DNA of 64,000 bases from Acidobacteriota bacterium (GCA_046732715.1 JBKPNQ010000004.1:4150-68149); one strand, 5' to 3'; numbered from the stretch's first letter, positions 19,967-29,763 are shown. The notes: a model not told the origin generated them from the sequence alone. Numbers and translations: made by a program.

Positions 19967-21184
19967 ATGGCCACGGTCGTTGTGCTCGGCGCGCTCGATA
20001 CCAAGGGCGAAGAAGTTCGTTTCCTGACCGGCCAAATCGAGGAGCGCGGCCATAAGACCCTCGTCGTCGATGTCGGGGTGTTGGGCACACCGGCATTCAC
20101 GCCGTTCATCACGCGCGACGAAGTCGCGACCGCCGCAGGCGCGTCGCTCGCCAGCCTCATCGCGGAAGCGGATCGGGGACGCGCGGTTACGGCAATGAGC
20201 CGAGGGGCGACGGTCGTTGTGCAACGCATGCTCGAGCAGGGACAGCTCGACGCCGTCATTGCGATGGGCGGTGGTGCGGGCACATCGATTGGAACGGCCG
20301 CCATGCGGGCCCTGCCGCTGGGGATTCCAAAAGTGATGGTGTCCACGCTTGCCAGCGGTGACGTGCGTGGTTTCGTCGGGGTGAAAGACATCACGATGAT
20401 CCCGACGATCGTCGACATCAGCGGCCTGAATCGGATCAGCCGGACGGTCTTCACTCGCGCGGCCGGTGCGGTGTGCGGTATGGTGGAATCGTCGGTGCCG
20501 CCCGGCGAAGACAAGCCCATCATTGTGGCGTCGATGTTTGGCAACACGACGCCGTGTGTGGAAGCCGCTCGCGCCATCCTGGAGCAGGCTGGGTTCGAAG
20601 TCCTGGTGTTTCACGCGACCGGCAGCGGCGGCCAGACGATGGAGAGCCTGATTGAGGCGCGTCAGGTCGCTGGTGTGCTCGACGTGACGACCACGGAATG
20701 GGCGGACGAACTCGTGGGCGGCGTGATGTCGGCCGGACCGACGAGGCTCGAGGCGGCCGCGAAAACCGGGACGCCTGCCGTCATCGCGCCCGGCTGTCTC
20801 GACATGGTCAATTTCTGGGGTCCGGAAACGATTCCCGAACGGCTCGCCGATCGGCGCCTGTATCGGCACAACGAGAAGCAGACGCTGGTTCGAACGACGC
20901 CCGAGGAAAACGAGGAACTGGGCCGCATCATTGCCGGGAAGCTGAATGCGTCGACGGGGCCGGTTGAGGTCTTCTTTCCGCTTCGCGGCATTTCTGTGAT
21001 CTCCGCCGCCGGCAAGCCGTATCACTGGCCGGAAGCGGACACGGCGTTGCTCGAGTCGCTGCGCACGCATCTGAAAAAAGGAATCACGCTGCACATGATG
21101 GACTGTCACATCAACGACGCTCCGTTCGCGGAGGCGATGGCGAAGGGGTTGCTGGCCATGTGTTCGAACGTGCAGGCCCGGTGA
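19967..21184 (+). CDS. Tm-1-like ATP-binding domain protein (UPF0261)
   Basis: VVLGALDTKGEE, GGGAGT, LPLGIPKVMVST, SMFGNTTPCV, VFHATGSGG, LDVTTTE, PGCLDMVNF, RTTPEEN, HIND. Confidence 0.92.
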   Translation: MATVVVLGALDTKGEEVRFLTGQIEERGHKTLVVDVGVLGTPAFTPFITRDEVATAAGASLASLIAEADRGRAVTAMSRGATVVVQRMLEQGQLDAVIAMGGGAGTSIGTAAMRALPLGIPKVMVSTLASGDVRGFVGVKDITMIPTIVDISGLNRISRTVFTRAAGAVCGMVESSVPPGEDKPIIVASMFGNTTPCVEAARAILEQAGFEVLVFHATGSGGQTMESLIEARQVAGVLDVTTTEWADELVGGVMSAGPTRLEAAAKTGTPAVIAPGCLDMVNFWGPETIPERLADRRLYRHNEKQTLVRTTPEENEELGRIIAGKLNASTGPVEVFFPLRGISVISAAGKPYHWPEADTALLESLRTHLKKGITLHMMDCHINDAPFAEAMAKGLLAMCSNVQAR

Positions 21185-21759
21185 TGGAATCGCCACTGAT
21201 CGGTGCCGCTCGCGCCTGGGTCATCGAGCGGTATCCCTACAATCGGCATCATCTCCTGAAAACGCTCGAATGGCTGGACCGCGTCGCGCCGGGCTCGGCC
21301 GAGCCGGTGCGGCTTGCCGCGTTGACGCACGACATGGAGCGCGCGTTCCCAGGCCCGGATCAACCGGTGATCAAAACCTTGAGCGACCCGGAGTACGAAC
21401 GCCAACATTCACTTCGCAGCGCGAGGATCGTTGGCGCGTGGTTGCGCGAGCAACAGGCGCGCGAAGCGCTCGTCGAGCACGTTGAGGCCCTGATTGTTGC
21501 CCACGAATTCGGCGGCTGGCCCGAAGCGGATCTGGTGCAGGCCGTCGACAGCCTGAGTTTTCTCGAAACCAACATCGACCTCTTCCTCGGATTCGTCCGG
21601 AGTGGAAAGCACCCTGCACACGAAGTGCGCAAGAAGTTCAACGCCATGTTTGGGCGTATCCAGATCCCACGGCTCAAGCTGTTGGCACAGCCGCTCGTCG
21701 ACGCCGCCCTTCAACAGCTCGACGCGGTCGAACGGCAGGTCCAGGGCGTGTCCGACTAG
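21184..21759 (+). CDS. HD-domain protein (DUF4202-like)
   Basis: RHHL..T..W, LAALTHDMER, HSLRSA, AHE, VQAVDSLSFLE. Confidence 0.7.
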   Translation: MESPLIGAARAWVIERYPYNRHHLLKTLEWLDRVAPGSAEPVRLAALTHDMERAFPGPDQPVIKTLSDPEYERQHSLRSARIVGAWLREQQAREALVEHVEALIVAHEFGGWPEADLVQAVDSLSFLETNIDLFLGFVRSGKHPAHEVRKKFNAMFGRIQIPRLKLLAQPLVDAALQQLDAVERQVQGVSD

Positions 21760-21788
21760 CCTCTCACGCCGCTGACAGAGTTATCATC

Positions 21789-22664
21789 TTGCGCCCGTTC
21801 GCCTACCTGCGGCCGACCACTCTCGATCAGGCGATTGCCGCCCTTGCTGATCCCGAAGCGAAACCGTATCTGCTGGCTGGCGGGACAGACTTGATCGTGA
21901 GGCTCCGGCGTGGTCATCTCCGACCGAGTGTGGTGATCGATACGAAGGGCGTCCGCGAGCTGCGCCCCGAGATTGTGTCGGTTGACGGAGGGCTGAGGTT
22001 CGGAGCGCGCGTCACGATGACGTCGATTGTCCGCGACGCGCGGGTCCGCGAGCACTTCCACGCGCTGGTCGAGGCGGCGTCGGTTGTCGGCTCGGTGCAG
22101 ATTCGCAACCGGGCAACGCTGACCGGCAACATCTGCAATGCGTCGCCGGCCGCGGATACCGTGCCGGCGTTGCTCATTTATGGTGGTGTCGCAAACGTCG
22201 TCGGGCCTTCGGGATCTCGGAGCGTCCCGCTCGCAGACTTCTTCACCGGGCCTGGTCGAACCGTGCTTGCCCGCGGTGAGCTGCTCGAGTCGGTCGACCT
22301 TCCGTTTCCGAAGCTGCCAGTTGGCGCCGCTTTCGGCCGGATTACGCGTCGTCGAGGCGTAGACCTCGCCACCATCAATTTGTGCGGCCTTGTTAGCTCG
22401 GACGGCACTGCGCGCTTTGCCTTCGGCGCCGTCGCGCCCACACCGTTCGTCGCGTCGGATGAATCGGGTGCGTTGGCGGCCGGTGGTTCCGACGACGTTG
22501 CCAGAAGTACGGCGCTCCGCGGCTTGTTCGCCAGGGCTCGCCCGATCACAGACGTCCGTGGAGGCCGCGAATATCGCGCTGCGATGTTGGAAGTGATGAC
22601 CGGTCGAACATGGCAGCTGGCGGCGACGCGTCTGAAGGAACGACTGAGGGCCGGCAGCTCATGA
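21789..22664 (+). CDS. Xanthine dehydrogenase family FAD-binding subunit (CoxM/CutM-like)
   Basis: MRPFAYLRPTTL, LAGGTDL, QIRNRATLTGNICNASPAAD, PITDVRG..EYR. Confidence 0.93.
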   Translation: MRPFAYLRPTTLDQAIAALADPEAKPYLLAGGTDLIVRLRRGHLRPSVVIDTKGVRELRPEIVSVDGGLRFGARVTMTSIVRDARVREHFHALVEAASVVGSVQIRNRATLTGNICNASPAADTVPALLIYGGVANVVGPSGSRSVPLADFFTGPGRTVLARGELLESVDLPFPKLPVGAAFGRITRRRGVDLATINLCGLVSSDGTARFAFGAVAPTPFVASDESGALAAGGSDDVARSTALRGLFARARPITDVRGGREYRAAMLEVMTGRTWQLAATRLKERLRAGSS

Positions 22665-23137
22665 GCGGCGAGAAGGTATCCGTCCGCATCCAGGTGAACG
22701 AGCGACCCTTCGATCTCGAGATCGCCTCGCACCATACGCTCCTCGACGTGTTGCGTGACGACGTCAGGCTGACCGGGACGAAGGAGTGCTGCGCGGAAGG
22801 CGAGTGCGGCGCGTGTACGGTGCTCGTGAACGGCGAGGCGGTGTGCTCGTGCCTCGTGCTCGCGGTCGAGTTGGACGGTCAGCGAGTCACCACGATCGAG
22901 GGCCTCGTCTCTGATGGAGCCCTCGATCCACTCCAGGAAGCCTTCGTCTCCACCGGCGCCGTTCAGTGTGGGTTCTGCATTCCAGGGATGATCGTGGCTG
23001 CCCGTCAGCTGCTCGCCTCGAACCCGAATCCGTCGCGGGCTGAAGTTCAGGAAGGGCTTGCCGGCAATCTTTGCCGCTGCGGCGGCTATAGCCGCATCCT
23101 GGATGCGGTCGTGCTCGCAGCGAACTCACGCCGATGA
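22661..23137 (+). CDS. Xanthine dehydrogenase family [2Fe-2S] subunit (CoxS/CutS-like)
   Basis: TGTKECCAEGECGACTV, CSCL, TTIEGL, QCGFCIPG, GNLCRC. Confidence 0.95.
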   Translation: MSGEKVSVRIQVNERPFDLEIASHHTLLDVLRDDVRLTGTKECCAEGECGACTVLVNGEAVCSCLVLAVELDGQRVTTIEGLVSDGALDPLQEAFVSTGAVQCGFCIPGMIVAARQLLASNPNPSRAEVQEGLAGNLCRCGGYSRILDAVVLAANSRR

Positions 23138-25392
23138 CCACGCCTGACTGGATCGGTCGCTCGCACGAGCGGATTGGCGCACGCGACCGAGTTACCGGCG
23201 CGCTTCGCTACACCGCCGATTTGTCGTTCGACGATGTCCTGCACGTAAAGCTCGTCCAGGTCGGGGGCGCGCGATCGGCGATCAGGAAGATCGATCGGGG
23301 CGACGCGCTGAAAGTGCCAGGCGTCGAGTGCGTGCTGATCGCTGACGATCTACCGCAACCGGTGGCTCGATTTGGTCCGGCGTTTGCCGATCGACCTATC
23401 CTGGCGACGGGAGAGACGAAGTTCTTCGGCGAACCGGTCGCCGCCGTTGTCGCGAAGACGAAGGATGCCGCGGAGGCTGCGGCCGCGCTCGTTCATGTTG
23501 AGGCGGAGCCGCTCCCGGCGGTTCTTTCCATCGAACAGGCTCTCGATCCAGCGTCGGCTCTGGTGCAAGAGATATCGCTGCGTCCCAAAGATCCGCTCGC
23601 GAACTCAAATGTTCTCCGCGAATGGACCTTCGGTTGGGGCAATCCTTCCGAGGCGCCGCCCGACCTGGTCATCGAGCACGATTATCGGTTCCCGATGGTC
23701 ACGCATTTCGCCATCGAGCCGCACGTGTTCATCGCCGCGCCTGACGCCAACGGCGTCACGATCTGGACGCCGACCCAACATGTCTTCGTGTTGCAACGCG
23801 TCGTCGCCGCCGCTCTGAAGTGGCCGATCGCGAAGGTCCGCATCGTCGCGCCCGATCCGGGTGGCGGCTTTGGCGGGAAGGGCTGGCCGAAGTTTGAACC
23901 TCTCCTTGCGGTGCTGGCGCTTCGCTTGGGACGCCCCGTTCGTCTGGTGCTCACGCTCGAGGAAACCTTTCAACAGGCGCGGCGCACGTCGGCGCGGATT
24001 CATGCCAAGACCGGGTTCGATCGCGAAGGACGAATTGTCTCGCAGGAGCTCAACACTGATTTTCTGATCGGTGCGTATGCGGATATCGGCGTTCGCGTCG
24101 TCAGCAAAGCCAGCTACGCAGCGTGCGGTCCGTATCGTACGCCACACGCAAAGGTTACGGCTCGAGCGCTGCTCTCGCACACGACTCCGAGCACGGCGTT
24201 TCGAGGTTTCGGCACGCCGCAGGCGTCATGGGCGGTAGAGAGCCAGCTCACTGAAGCGGCCGGCCTCCTTGGGATCGATCCAGTCGAGATTCGACGACGC
24301 AATCTGCCGCGCAAGGGAGAAGCGTTCATTCCGAATGACACCCCGGCGGACGGCGACTGGGCGGCGGCGCTCGCGTCGGCCGAGCGTGCTCTCGACTGGC
24401 ACTCGCCGTTGCCGAAGAACAGAGGGCGCGGTATCGCGCTCGGCTTGAAGAGCTCATCGACGGCGTCAGCATCCCAGGCCATCGTCCGGTTGCACTACGA
24501 CGCCAGCGTATCCGTCCTGTCGGGGACCTCCGACATGGGGCAGGGCGCGCGAACTGTTTTGGCGCAGATCGCAGGGAAAGAGCTGGGCGCCAGCCCCGAT
24601 CGTGTCGTCATCACGATGGCTGACACAGCGATCGTCCCCTACGACTCCTCGACGTCAGCGAGCCGATCCACGGTGTTCATGGGCAATGCGGTCATCAAAG
24701 CGTGCGAGCAGATTCGACGGCAGCTCCAGACGATCGCTGCCCGCGCGCTGGGTGTCGATGAATCGGCGATCGAGGTTGTTCCCGGCGAAGTGCGAACCCC
24801 GAAGGGAGCGATGTCGTACGCCGAGGCGATGCAGGCGGGCCTGGGACCGCCTCGTGGCGAGATCATCGGCGTCGGCGAAGAGCGGGGGGGTGGCTACCGG
24901 CCCGAGCACCCGCTCGGAGGGCGCCCGGAGTTCTGGGAATTCATGTGCACCGCGGTGGAGGTCGAGGTCGATCCGGACACCGGCATGGTCGATGTGACCC
25001 GACTGGTCCTCGCCAGCGACGTCGGGAAAGCGCTCAACCCGCAGCAGGTCGAGACACAGGATGAGGGGGCGGCGACGATGGGCGTCGGCCACTCGCTGAT
25101 GGAGGAACTGATCCTCGATGGCAGCGGTCGAATCGTAAACCTGGGCGCGATGGACTACCGCATCCCGACAATTCAGGACATTCCCCGCGAGCTTCATTCC
25201 GTGCTCATCGAAAACGAGGACGGTCCGGGCCCGTACGGTGCGAAGGGAGCCGGCGAAGGAGGCATCCTCGGCATCGGCGGGGCGATCGGCGCCGCCGTCA
25301 ATCAGGCTGCCGGCGTCAAGATTCGCGATCTGCCGCTGACCCCAGAGCGCATCTGGCGCGCGATCCAATCAGCCCGCTCGGAATTGCCGTGA
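23134..25392 (+). CDS. Xanthine dehydrogenase family molybdopterin-binding subunit
   Basis: VTGALRYTAD, GGGFGGKG, AFRGFG, DMGQG, SASRST, DVGKALNP, YGAKGAGE (catalytic Glu). Confidence 0.95.
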   Translation: MTTPDWIGRSHERIGARDRVTGALRYTADLSFDDVLHVKLVQVGGARSAIRKIDRGDALKVPGVECVLIADDLPQPVARFGPAFADRPILATGETKFFGEPVAAVVAKTKDAAEAAAALVHVEAEPLPAVLSIEQALDPASALVQEISLRPKDPLANSNVLREWTFGWGNPSEAPPDLVIEHDYRFPMVTHFAIEPHVFIAAPDANGVTIWTPTQHVFVLQRVVAAALKWPIAKVRIVAPDPGGGFGGKGWPKFEPLLAVLALRLGRPVRLVLTLEETFQQARRTSARIHAKTGFDREGRIVSQELNTDFLIGAYADIGVRVVSKASYAACGPYRTPHAKVTARALLSHTTPSTAFRGFGTPQASWAVESQLTEAAGLLGIDPVEIRRRNLPRKGEAFIPNDTPADGDWAAALASAERALDWHSPLPKNRGRGIALGLKSSSTASASQAIVRLHYDASVSVLSGTSDMGQGARTVLAQIAGKELGASPDRVVITMADTAIVPYDSSTSASRSTVFMGNAVIKACEQIRRQLQTIAARALGVDESAIEVVPGEVRTPKGAMSYAEAMQAGLGPPRGEIIGVGEERGGGYRPEHPLGGRPEFWEFMCTAVEVEVDPDTGMVDVTRLVLASDVGKALNPQQVETQDEGAATMGVGHSLMEELILDGSGRIVNLGAMDYRIPTIQDIPRELHSVLIENEDGPGPYGAKGAGEGGILGIGGAIGAAVNQAAGVKIRDLPLTPERIWRAIQSARSELP

Positions 25393-26364
25393 CTGATCGC
25401 CGATCAGGCGATCCGGTAACGCGCCATCGAAGGTCACGACGCGATAGCGGAGCGTCAGCGATTGTCCCTGCGGCACTTCAAACGGCTTGTTCGCGACAAT
25501 GCAAGGGTTGATCATCCACACGTAGCGCGGGTTGTGCCAGGTCGAGGGCGGGTTCGATGGATGGTCGATGACCGCGCACCCGATCGATTTGCCATTCGTG
25601 AGCGTGATCAGAAACGCGTACCAGTCGGCCGCTGGCCAGTTGAGATCGGCGCTCGAGTAGTGCGGATCGGGCCGCGTCACCCGTCCGTGCGCATCGGCGT
25701 ACGAGGATTGACCATCGTTTCGCGCGCGGACGCAGAAGCCGCCAAACGGCGTCTGATTCAGGACCAGGGTGCCGTCGGGGGTCAGGCGATAGGTCAAGTC
25801 GAGGATGTTCGCGCCCTCGGCCGCGCGCCACGAGGCGGTCGTCTTTTCGCCCATCACTTTGCGCGCGCCAATCATCCAGTCATTCTGAATGTCGACGGTC
25901 GCGGACTTTGCGTCTGACTGCTCCAGCTGCAGGCGCTGGTTGGTGATGACACGCTGATCGGTTGGCGCAAATTGTCCCCATCCCCAGAAGTCCGCGCGGC
26001 TGATGTCGAAGCCATGCGTCGGACCGAGTGGGCCAAGCTTCGAGAAGTCGGCTTTCCACCGGAACTCCATCGCGTGCCACGCGAGAAAGACGCCGCGGTG
26101 GTGAACGTGATCGCCAGGGGCGAGATCCGTGACGCGCTCGCCCGACGGGGTATTCAGCGGATGAAAGCAGCAGGCGCTGTTCGCTTTGAGGTTCGACCCC
26201 GCCGGCTTCTTCGTCAGATAGGTGAAGCCGACACGCCCGTCCGGTCCGCGCAGCGTCTGCCCGTCCGCCTCGGGGACGAGCACGTATCCTGGTGCCTGCA
26301 TTCGTGCTCCAAGGGAGGCGGTCAGTATCCCGCCGGTTGCTGAAAGGAACTGGCGTCTGTGCAC
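25369..26364 (-). CDS. DUF6807 / so-called PmoA-family periplasmic protein, Tat signal
   Basis: GTG start (V)HRRQFLSATGG; CFHPLNTPSG..TD..PGDHVHHRGVF, FGGFCVR, IDHPSN; overlaps the XDH 3' end by 24 bp. Confidence 0.7.
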   Translation of the reverse strand: MHRRQFLSATGGILTASLGARMQAPGYVLVPEADGQTLRGPDGRVGFTYLTKKPAGSNLKANSACCFHPLNTPSGERVTDLAPGDHVHHRGVFLAWHAMEFRWKADFSKLGPLGPTHGFDISRADFWGWGQFAPTDQRVITNQRLQLEQSDAKSATVDIQNDWMIGARKVMGEKTTASWRAAEGANILDLTYRLTPDGTLVLNQTPFGGFCVRARNDGQSSYADAHGRVTRPDPHYSSADLNWPAADWYAFLITLTNGKSIGCAVIDHPSNPPSTWHNPRYVWMINPCIVANKPFEVPQGQSLTLRYRVVTFDGALPDRLIGDQSRQFRAG

Positions 26365-26473
26365 GTGAAGTGGTTTACCACGGCGCCGTCCCGTTGGCAA
26401 AGCCCGCTCTGTAACCTCAGTTGGCACTTGCAAAAACTTCAGCCTCCCGCCATCATCCGGTCGTTCGCGATGG

Positions 26474-26518
26474 CGGATCCGCATCCCGGACCCGGATCCC
26501 CGATCTGATCGGGAATCC
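26474..26518. repeat. Short GGATCC-type repeat cluster in divergent intergenic region
   Basis: cggatccgcatcccggacccggatccccgatctgatcgggaatcc. Confidence 0.5.
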
Positions 26519-26541
26519 ACGACTTCTTGAGGAGGATGTCG

Positions 26542-27492
26542 ATGAATCGTCGAGTGTTCCTGGCGCAGTTGTCCGCAGCGGTCGGTGTGGTTCCAGTCCT
26601 GTCGTCGACGCGCCTGTCAGCGTTCCAGGGAGCCGGCGTACCCGCGATCCCGCCGGCTGTCATGCAGCGCATCGGCATCACCACCGTCTGCTTCCGGGAT
26701 CGGTTCAAGCAGACGGCGCCGAAGGACGCGGCGAACAAAGCCGATCTGACGCTCCTTGGCGCCCCGAAGTTCATCGCCGACTCGCTTGGGATCCACAACG
26801 TCGAGGTGTGGAATGCGCAATTCGAGAACGACTCGCTCGACTACTGCGCCCAACTCAAAGCCGCGGCCGCGAAGGTCGGATCACGGTTCACCAACATCCA
26901 GCTTGATGCGTCGTACGATCTGTCGTCGCCGGATGCGGCGAAGCGGGCCGATTCGATCAAGTTCGTCAAGGGGTGGATGGATCGCGCAAAGGCCATTGGG
27001 GCGCCGACCATGCGGGCCAACACCGGCCCTGAAACGCGAGGAGCCGCGTTCGAGCCGAACACTATCGCCGATTCGTTCAAGCAGTTGGCGGCCTACGGGA
27101 AGACCATCGGCGTCAAGATTCTCATCGAGAACCATACCGGATTCAGCGCTGACGTAGACAAGGTGGTCACCCTCCTGAAGGCCATCAACGATCCGAACTG
27201 CGGGGCGATTACGGACTGGGGCAACTCGACCGCCACGGATATCGAACATCGTGTGGCCGACATGCAGAAGCTCATGCCGTACCTGTCGCTCGTCTCGGCG
27301 AAAGAACTCGATTTCGACGCCAACAACAACCACACGAGCTACGACGTCGTCCCGCTGATCAAGGCCACAGAAGCCTCAGGGTTTCGCGGCATATACTCGA
27401 TCGAGTTCTACACGGTAAAGAATCCGCCGCCCGATCCTGTGGTCGCCGCGAAGAAGATGATGGCGGCGATTGCGGCGAACATCAAGACATAG
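26542..27492 (+). CDS. Sugar phosphate isomerase/epimerase (xylose isomerase-like TIM barrel), Tat signal
   Basis: MNRRVFL; ILIENH, DWGN, SAK, FRGIYSIEF; GAGGAG RBS. Confidence 0.88.
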   Translation: MNRRVFLAQLSAAVGVVPVLSSTRLSAFQGAGVPAIPPAVMQRIGITTVCFRDRFKQTAPKDAANKADLTLLGAPKFIADSLGIHNVEVWNAQFENDSLDYCAQLKAAAAKVGSRFTNIQLDASYDLSSPDAAKRADSIKFVKGWMDRAKAIGAPTMRANTGPETRGAAFEPNTIADSFKQLAAYGKTIGVKILIENHTGFSADVDKVVTLLKAINDPNCGAITDWGNSTATDIEHRVADMQKLMPYLSLVSAKELDFDANNNHTSYDVVPLIKATEASGFRGIYSIEFYTVKNPPPDPVVAAKKMMAAIAANIKT

Positions 27493-27497
27493 GAGTC

Positions 27498-27559
27498 GAT
27501 TGTTGATTGCTGATTGAGCCCAGCCTTCAATCAGCAATCAGCATTCGGCCATCAGCATT
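27498..27559. repeat. Inverted heptamer array (GATTGCT)n / (AGCAATC)n
   Basis: gattgttgattgctgattga ... tcaatcagcaatcagcattcggccatcagcatt. Confidence 0.8.
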
Positions 27560-27571
27560 TTGGGAGTTCCC

Positions 27572-28678
27572 ATGTTGCACGGCGTGTCGTACAAGAGCCC
27601 GCTCCATCAGATGACGCAGACGACCAGCACCTGCCTCTGGAACGATTCCGCGGCGGAGGCCGAGCTGGCGTATGCGATCGACCACGGGGCGGTTGGCGCG
27701 ACGTGCAATCCGGTCATCGCCGTCGAGGTCGTCAAGAAGGAGCTCGCCTACTGGACGGGTCGGATCAAAGCCCTGGCCGCCGAACATGCGACCGCCACGG
27801 AAGGCGAACTCGCGTGGCGCGTCATCGAGGAAATGTCGGCGACCCGTGCGGCGCTGTTACGTCCAGTGTTCGACGCGCAGGGCGGGCGCAACGGCCGCCT
27901 GTCCATTCAGACCGACCCGAGGTTGTTTCGTGACGGTCCGGGGATCCTGCGGCAGGCGGTTCACTTTGACGCGCTCGCGCCCAACATGATCGTCAAGATT
28001 CCGGCGACGTTCGCCGGAATCTGGGCGATCGAGGAAGCGACGGCCCGCGGGATCAGCATCAATGCCACGGTCTCCTTCACTGTGCCGCAAGCGATTGCTG
28101 TCGCCGAGGCGGTGGAACGAGGACTTCGTCGCCGTGAGCGCGAGGGCGGAGACATTACGACGATGGGGCCGGTGTGCACGATCATGGTTGGCCGGCTGGA
28201 CGATTGGCTGAAGGTTCAAGCCGACAAACAAGTGATCACCGTCGATCCCGGCTACCTCGAATGGGCAGGCGTGGCGGTCTTCAAGAACGCCTACAGACTT
28301 TATCGATCCCGCGGTTACCGCCTACGGCTGCTGTCAGCGGCGTTCCGCAATCACATGCACTGGAGCGAGTTTATCGGCGGCGATGTGGTGATTTCACCAC
28401 CGCATGTCTGGCAGAAGCGATACAACAGCTCCGACATCGAGGTGAAGTCTCGCATCGATACGCCGGTCGCGCCTCATGTAGTCGACGAACTCCAGCGAAA
28501 GTTCGTGGACTTCCGCCGCGCGTACGAGCCTGATGGCCTCACGCCCGCTGAATTCGACAGCTTTGGCCCGACCGTCCGGACCCTGCGTCAGTTCTCGGAC
28601 GCGTGTCATGATCTCGAGCGGTTTGTGCGCGACATCTTGTTGTCGAATCCGGACGTCGCACTGCTTCCGCCAAAATAG
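27572..28678 (+). CDS. Transaldolase family protein
   Basis: LWNDS, GATCNP, IVKIPAT (Schiff-base Lys), INATVSF, MVGRLDD, LLSAA. Confidence 0.9.
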   Translation: MLHGVSYKSPLHQMTQTTSTCLWNDSAAEAELAYAIDHGAVGATCNPVIAVEVVKKELAYWTGRIKALAAEHATATEGELAWRVIEEMSATRAALLRPVFDAQGGRNGRLSIQTDPRLFRDGPGILRQAVHFDALAPNMIVKIPATFAGIWAIEEATARGISINATVSFTVPQAIAVAEAVERGLRRREREGGDITTMGPVCTIMVGRLDDWLKVQADKQVITVDPGYLEWAGVAVFKNAYRLYRSRGYRLRLLSAAFRNHMHWSEFIGGDVVISPPHVWQKRYNSSDIEVKSRIDTPVAPHVVDELQRKFVDFRRAYEPDGLTPAEFDSFGPTVRTLRQFSDACHDLERFVRDILLSNPDVALLPPK

Positions 28679-28839
28679 AGCAGTCTGACCGACTTCCGAG
28701 ACCACCACGGTCCGGCTACTCCGCTCTCAGCTCGGCGCGCACGCTGGCCGAGTTCCCGAACGTCATCGACGCATCAAGCACACCCGCACCACAAACACCC
28801 CTCAGACGAAGTACACTTACACGAGAGCCTGGGCTCCAT

Positions 28840-29715
28840 ATGACCACCGAACGAGCGACGACGCGGGTCCCGGCCATGAGGCGGTACGACTCCGTCGTGT
28901 CGGAGGTCATCGTCGAGACGCCGGATACGATCACGGCTGTGCTCGACCTCGGTGAGCCGGTGACCTACCGCGCCGGGCAATACGTCACCATCGATCCGCA
29001 TCAGTTCCCGGCGCTCGGCAGCATGACGCGCTACCTCGAACACCTGAAGGGCCGGGCCGAGCCTCCGCGCGCGTACTCGATGAGTTCGGCGCCGCACGAA
29101 GCGGGCGTCGCCATCACGATCAAGGAAGAGGTGTACGACGGTGAGATGGCCTACCCGCCGCTGATCTCGGGATTCCTCGTGCACCAGACGCGGCCAGGCG
29201 ATCGCATGGCGGTGGTCGGCTTCGCTGGCGCGTACGTGTTACCGGAAGTGGTGGATGCCGAGCACATCTTGCATCTCTGTGCCGGCTCCGGCAGCGTCCC
29301 AAACCTGTCGATGATCAAGGATTCGATGCAACGCCATCCGAATCTCCGGCACACGTTCGTGTACTCGAACAAGACCTGGCAGGATGTGATCTTCCGCAGC
29401 GATCTTGCTGCGTTGCGCCGAGCCAATCCGGACAGGCTTCGCGTGATTCACATGCTGACGCGAGAAACGGCGGTGTCGTCCGAGGACGAGGATGTGCGGA
29501 GCGGACGCGTCACGCTCGAGCTGCTCGGCAGCATCCTCGAGAAGGAGCCGCGGTCGCTGGTCTACTCGTGCGGCCCGGCGATCAGCGTGTGGGACAAGCG
29601 CGCCCACGCCGCGAAAGGCACGACCCCGCCGCCGCGGTTCCTCGAGACGATGCAGAGCTATCTGACGACCCTCGGCGTGCCTCGCGATCGAATCAAGATC
29701 GAAGCGTTCGGGTAG
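28840..29715 (+). CDS. FAD/NAD(P)-binding oxidoreductase (ferredoxin-NADP reductase-like)
   Basis: YRAGQY, RAYSMSS, AGSGSVP, YSNKT, YSCGP, C-terminal EAFG; no Fe-S domain. Confidence 0.88.
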   Translation: MTTERATTRVPAMRRYDSVVSEVIVETPDTITAVLDLGEPVTYRAGQYVTIDPHQFPALGSMTRYLEHLKGRAEPPRAYSMSSAPHEAGVAITIKEEVYDGEMAYPPLISGFLVHQTRPGDRMAVVGFAGAYVLPEVVDAEHILHLCAGSGSVPNLSMIKDSMQRHPNLRHTFVYSNKTWQDVIFRSDLAALRRANPDRLRVIHMLTRETAVSSEDEDVRSGRVTLELLGSILEKEPRSLVYSCGPAISVWDKRAHAAKGTTPPPRFLETMQSYLTTLGVPRDRIKIEAFG

Positions 29716-29763
29716 CCCGCCCGTCGCACGGCGTCGTGCCCTCCTCGACGGCTCACAACCCGT

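Noticed and set aside
545-21196. Long antisense or alternate-frame ORFs (e.g. 545..2101, 9957..11444, 11616..13160, 19183..20577, 19949..21196)
   Set aside because: Shadows of real genes in high-GC DNA; Arg/His-rich with no family motifs
21789-25392. Aerobic CO dehydrogenase (coxMSL form I)
   Set aside because: Active-site loop is AFRGFG, not AYxCSFR; generic Mo-hydroxylase
25369-26364. Methane monooxygenase subunit (PmoA label)
   Set aside because: Soluble Tat-exported protein, no TM helices, no pmoB/pmoC; the family name is misleading
26421-26437. TGGCAC-type sites as sigma54 promoters (also near 40920 and 55170)
   Set aside because: No GC at the required GG-N10-GC spacing
28716-28830. 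Possible ABC permease C-terminal remnant ending ELRAE-stop
   Set aside because: Similarity limited to the last few residues
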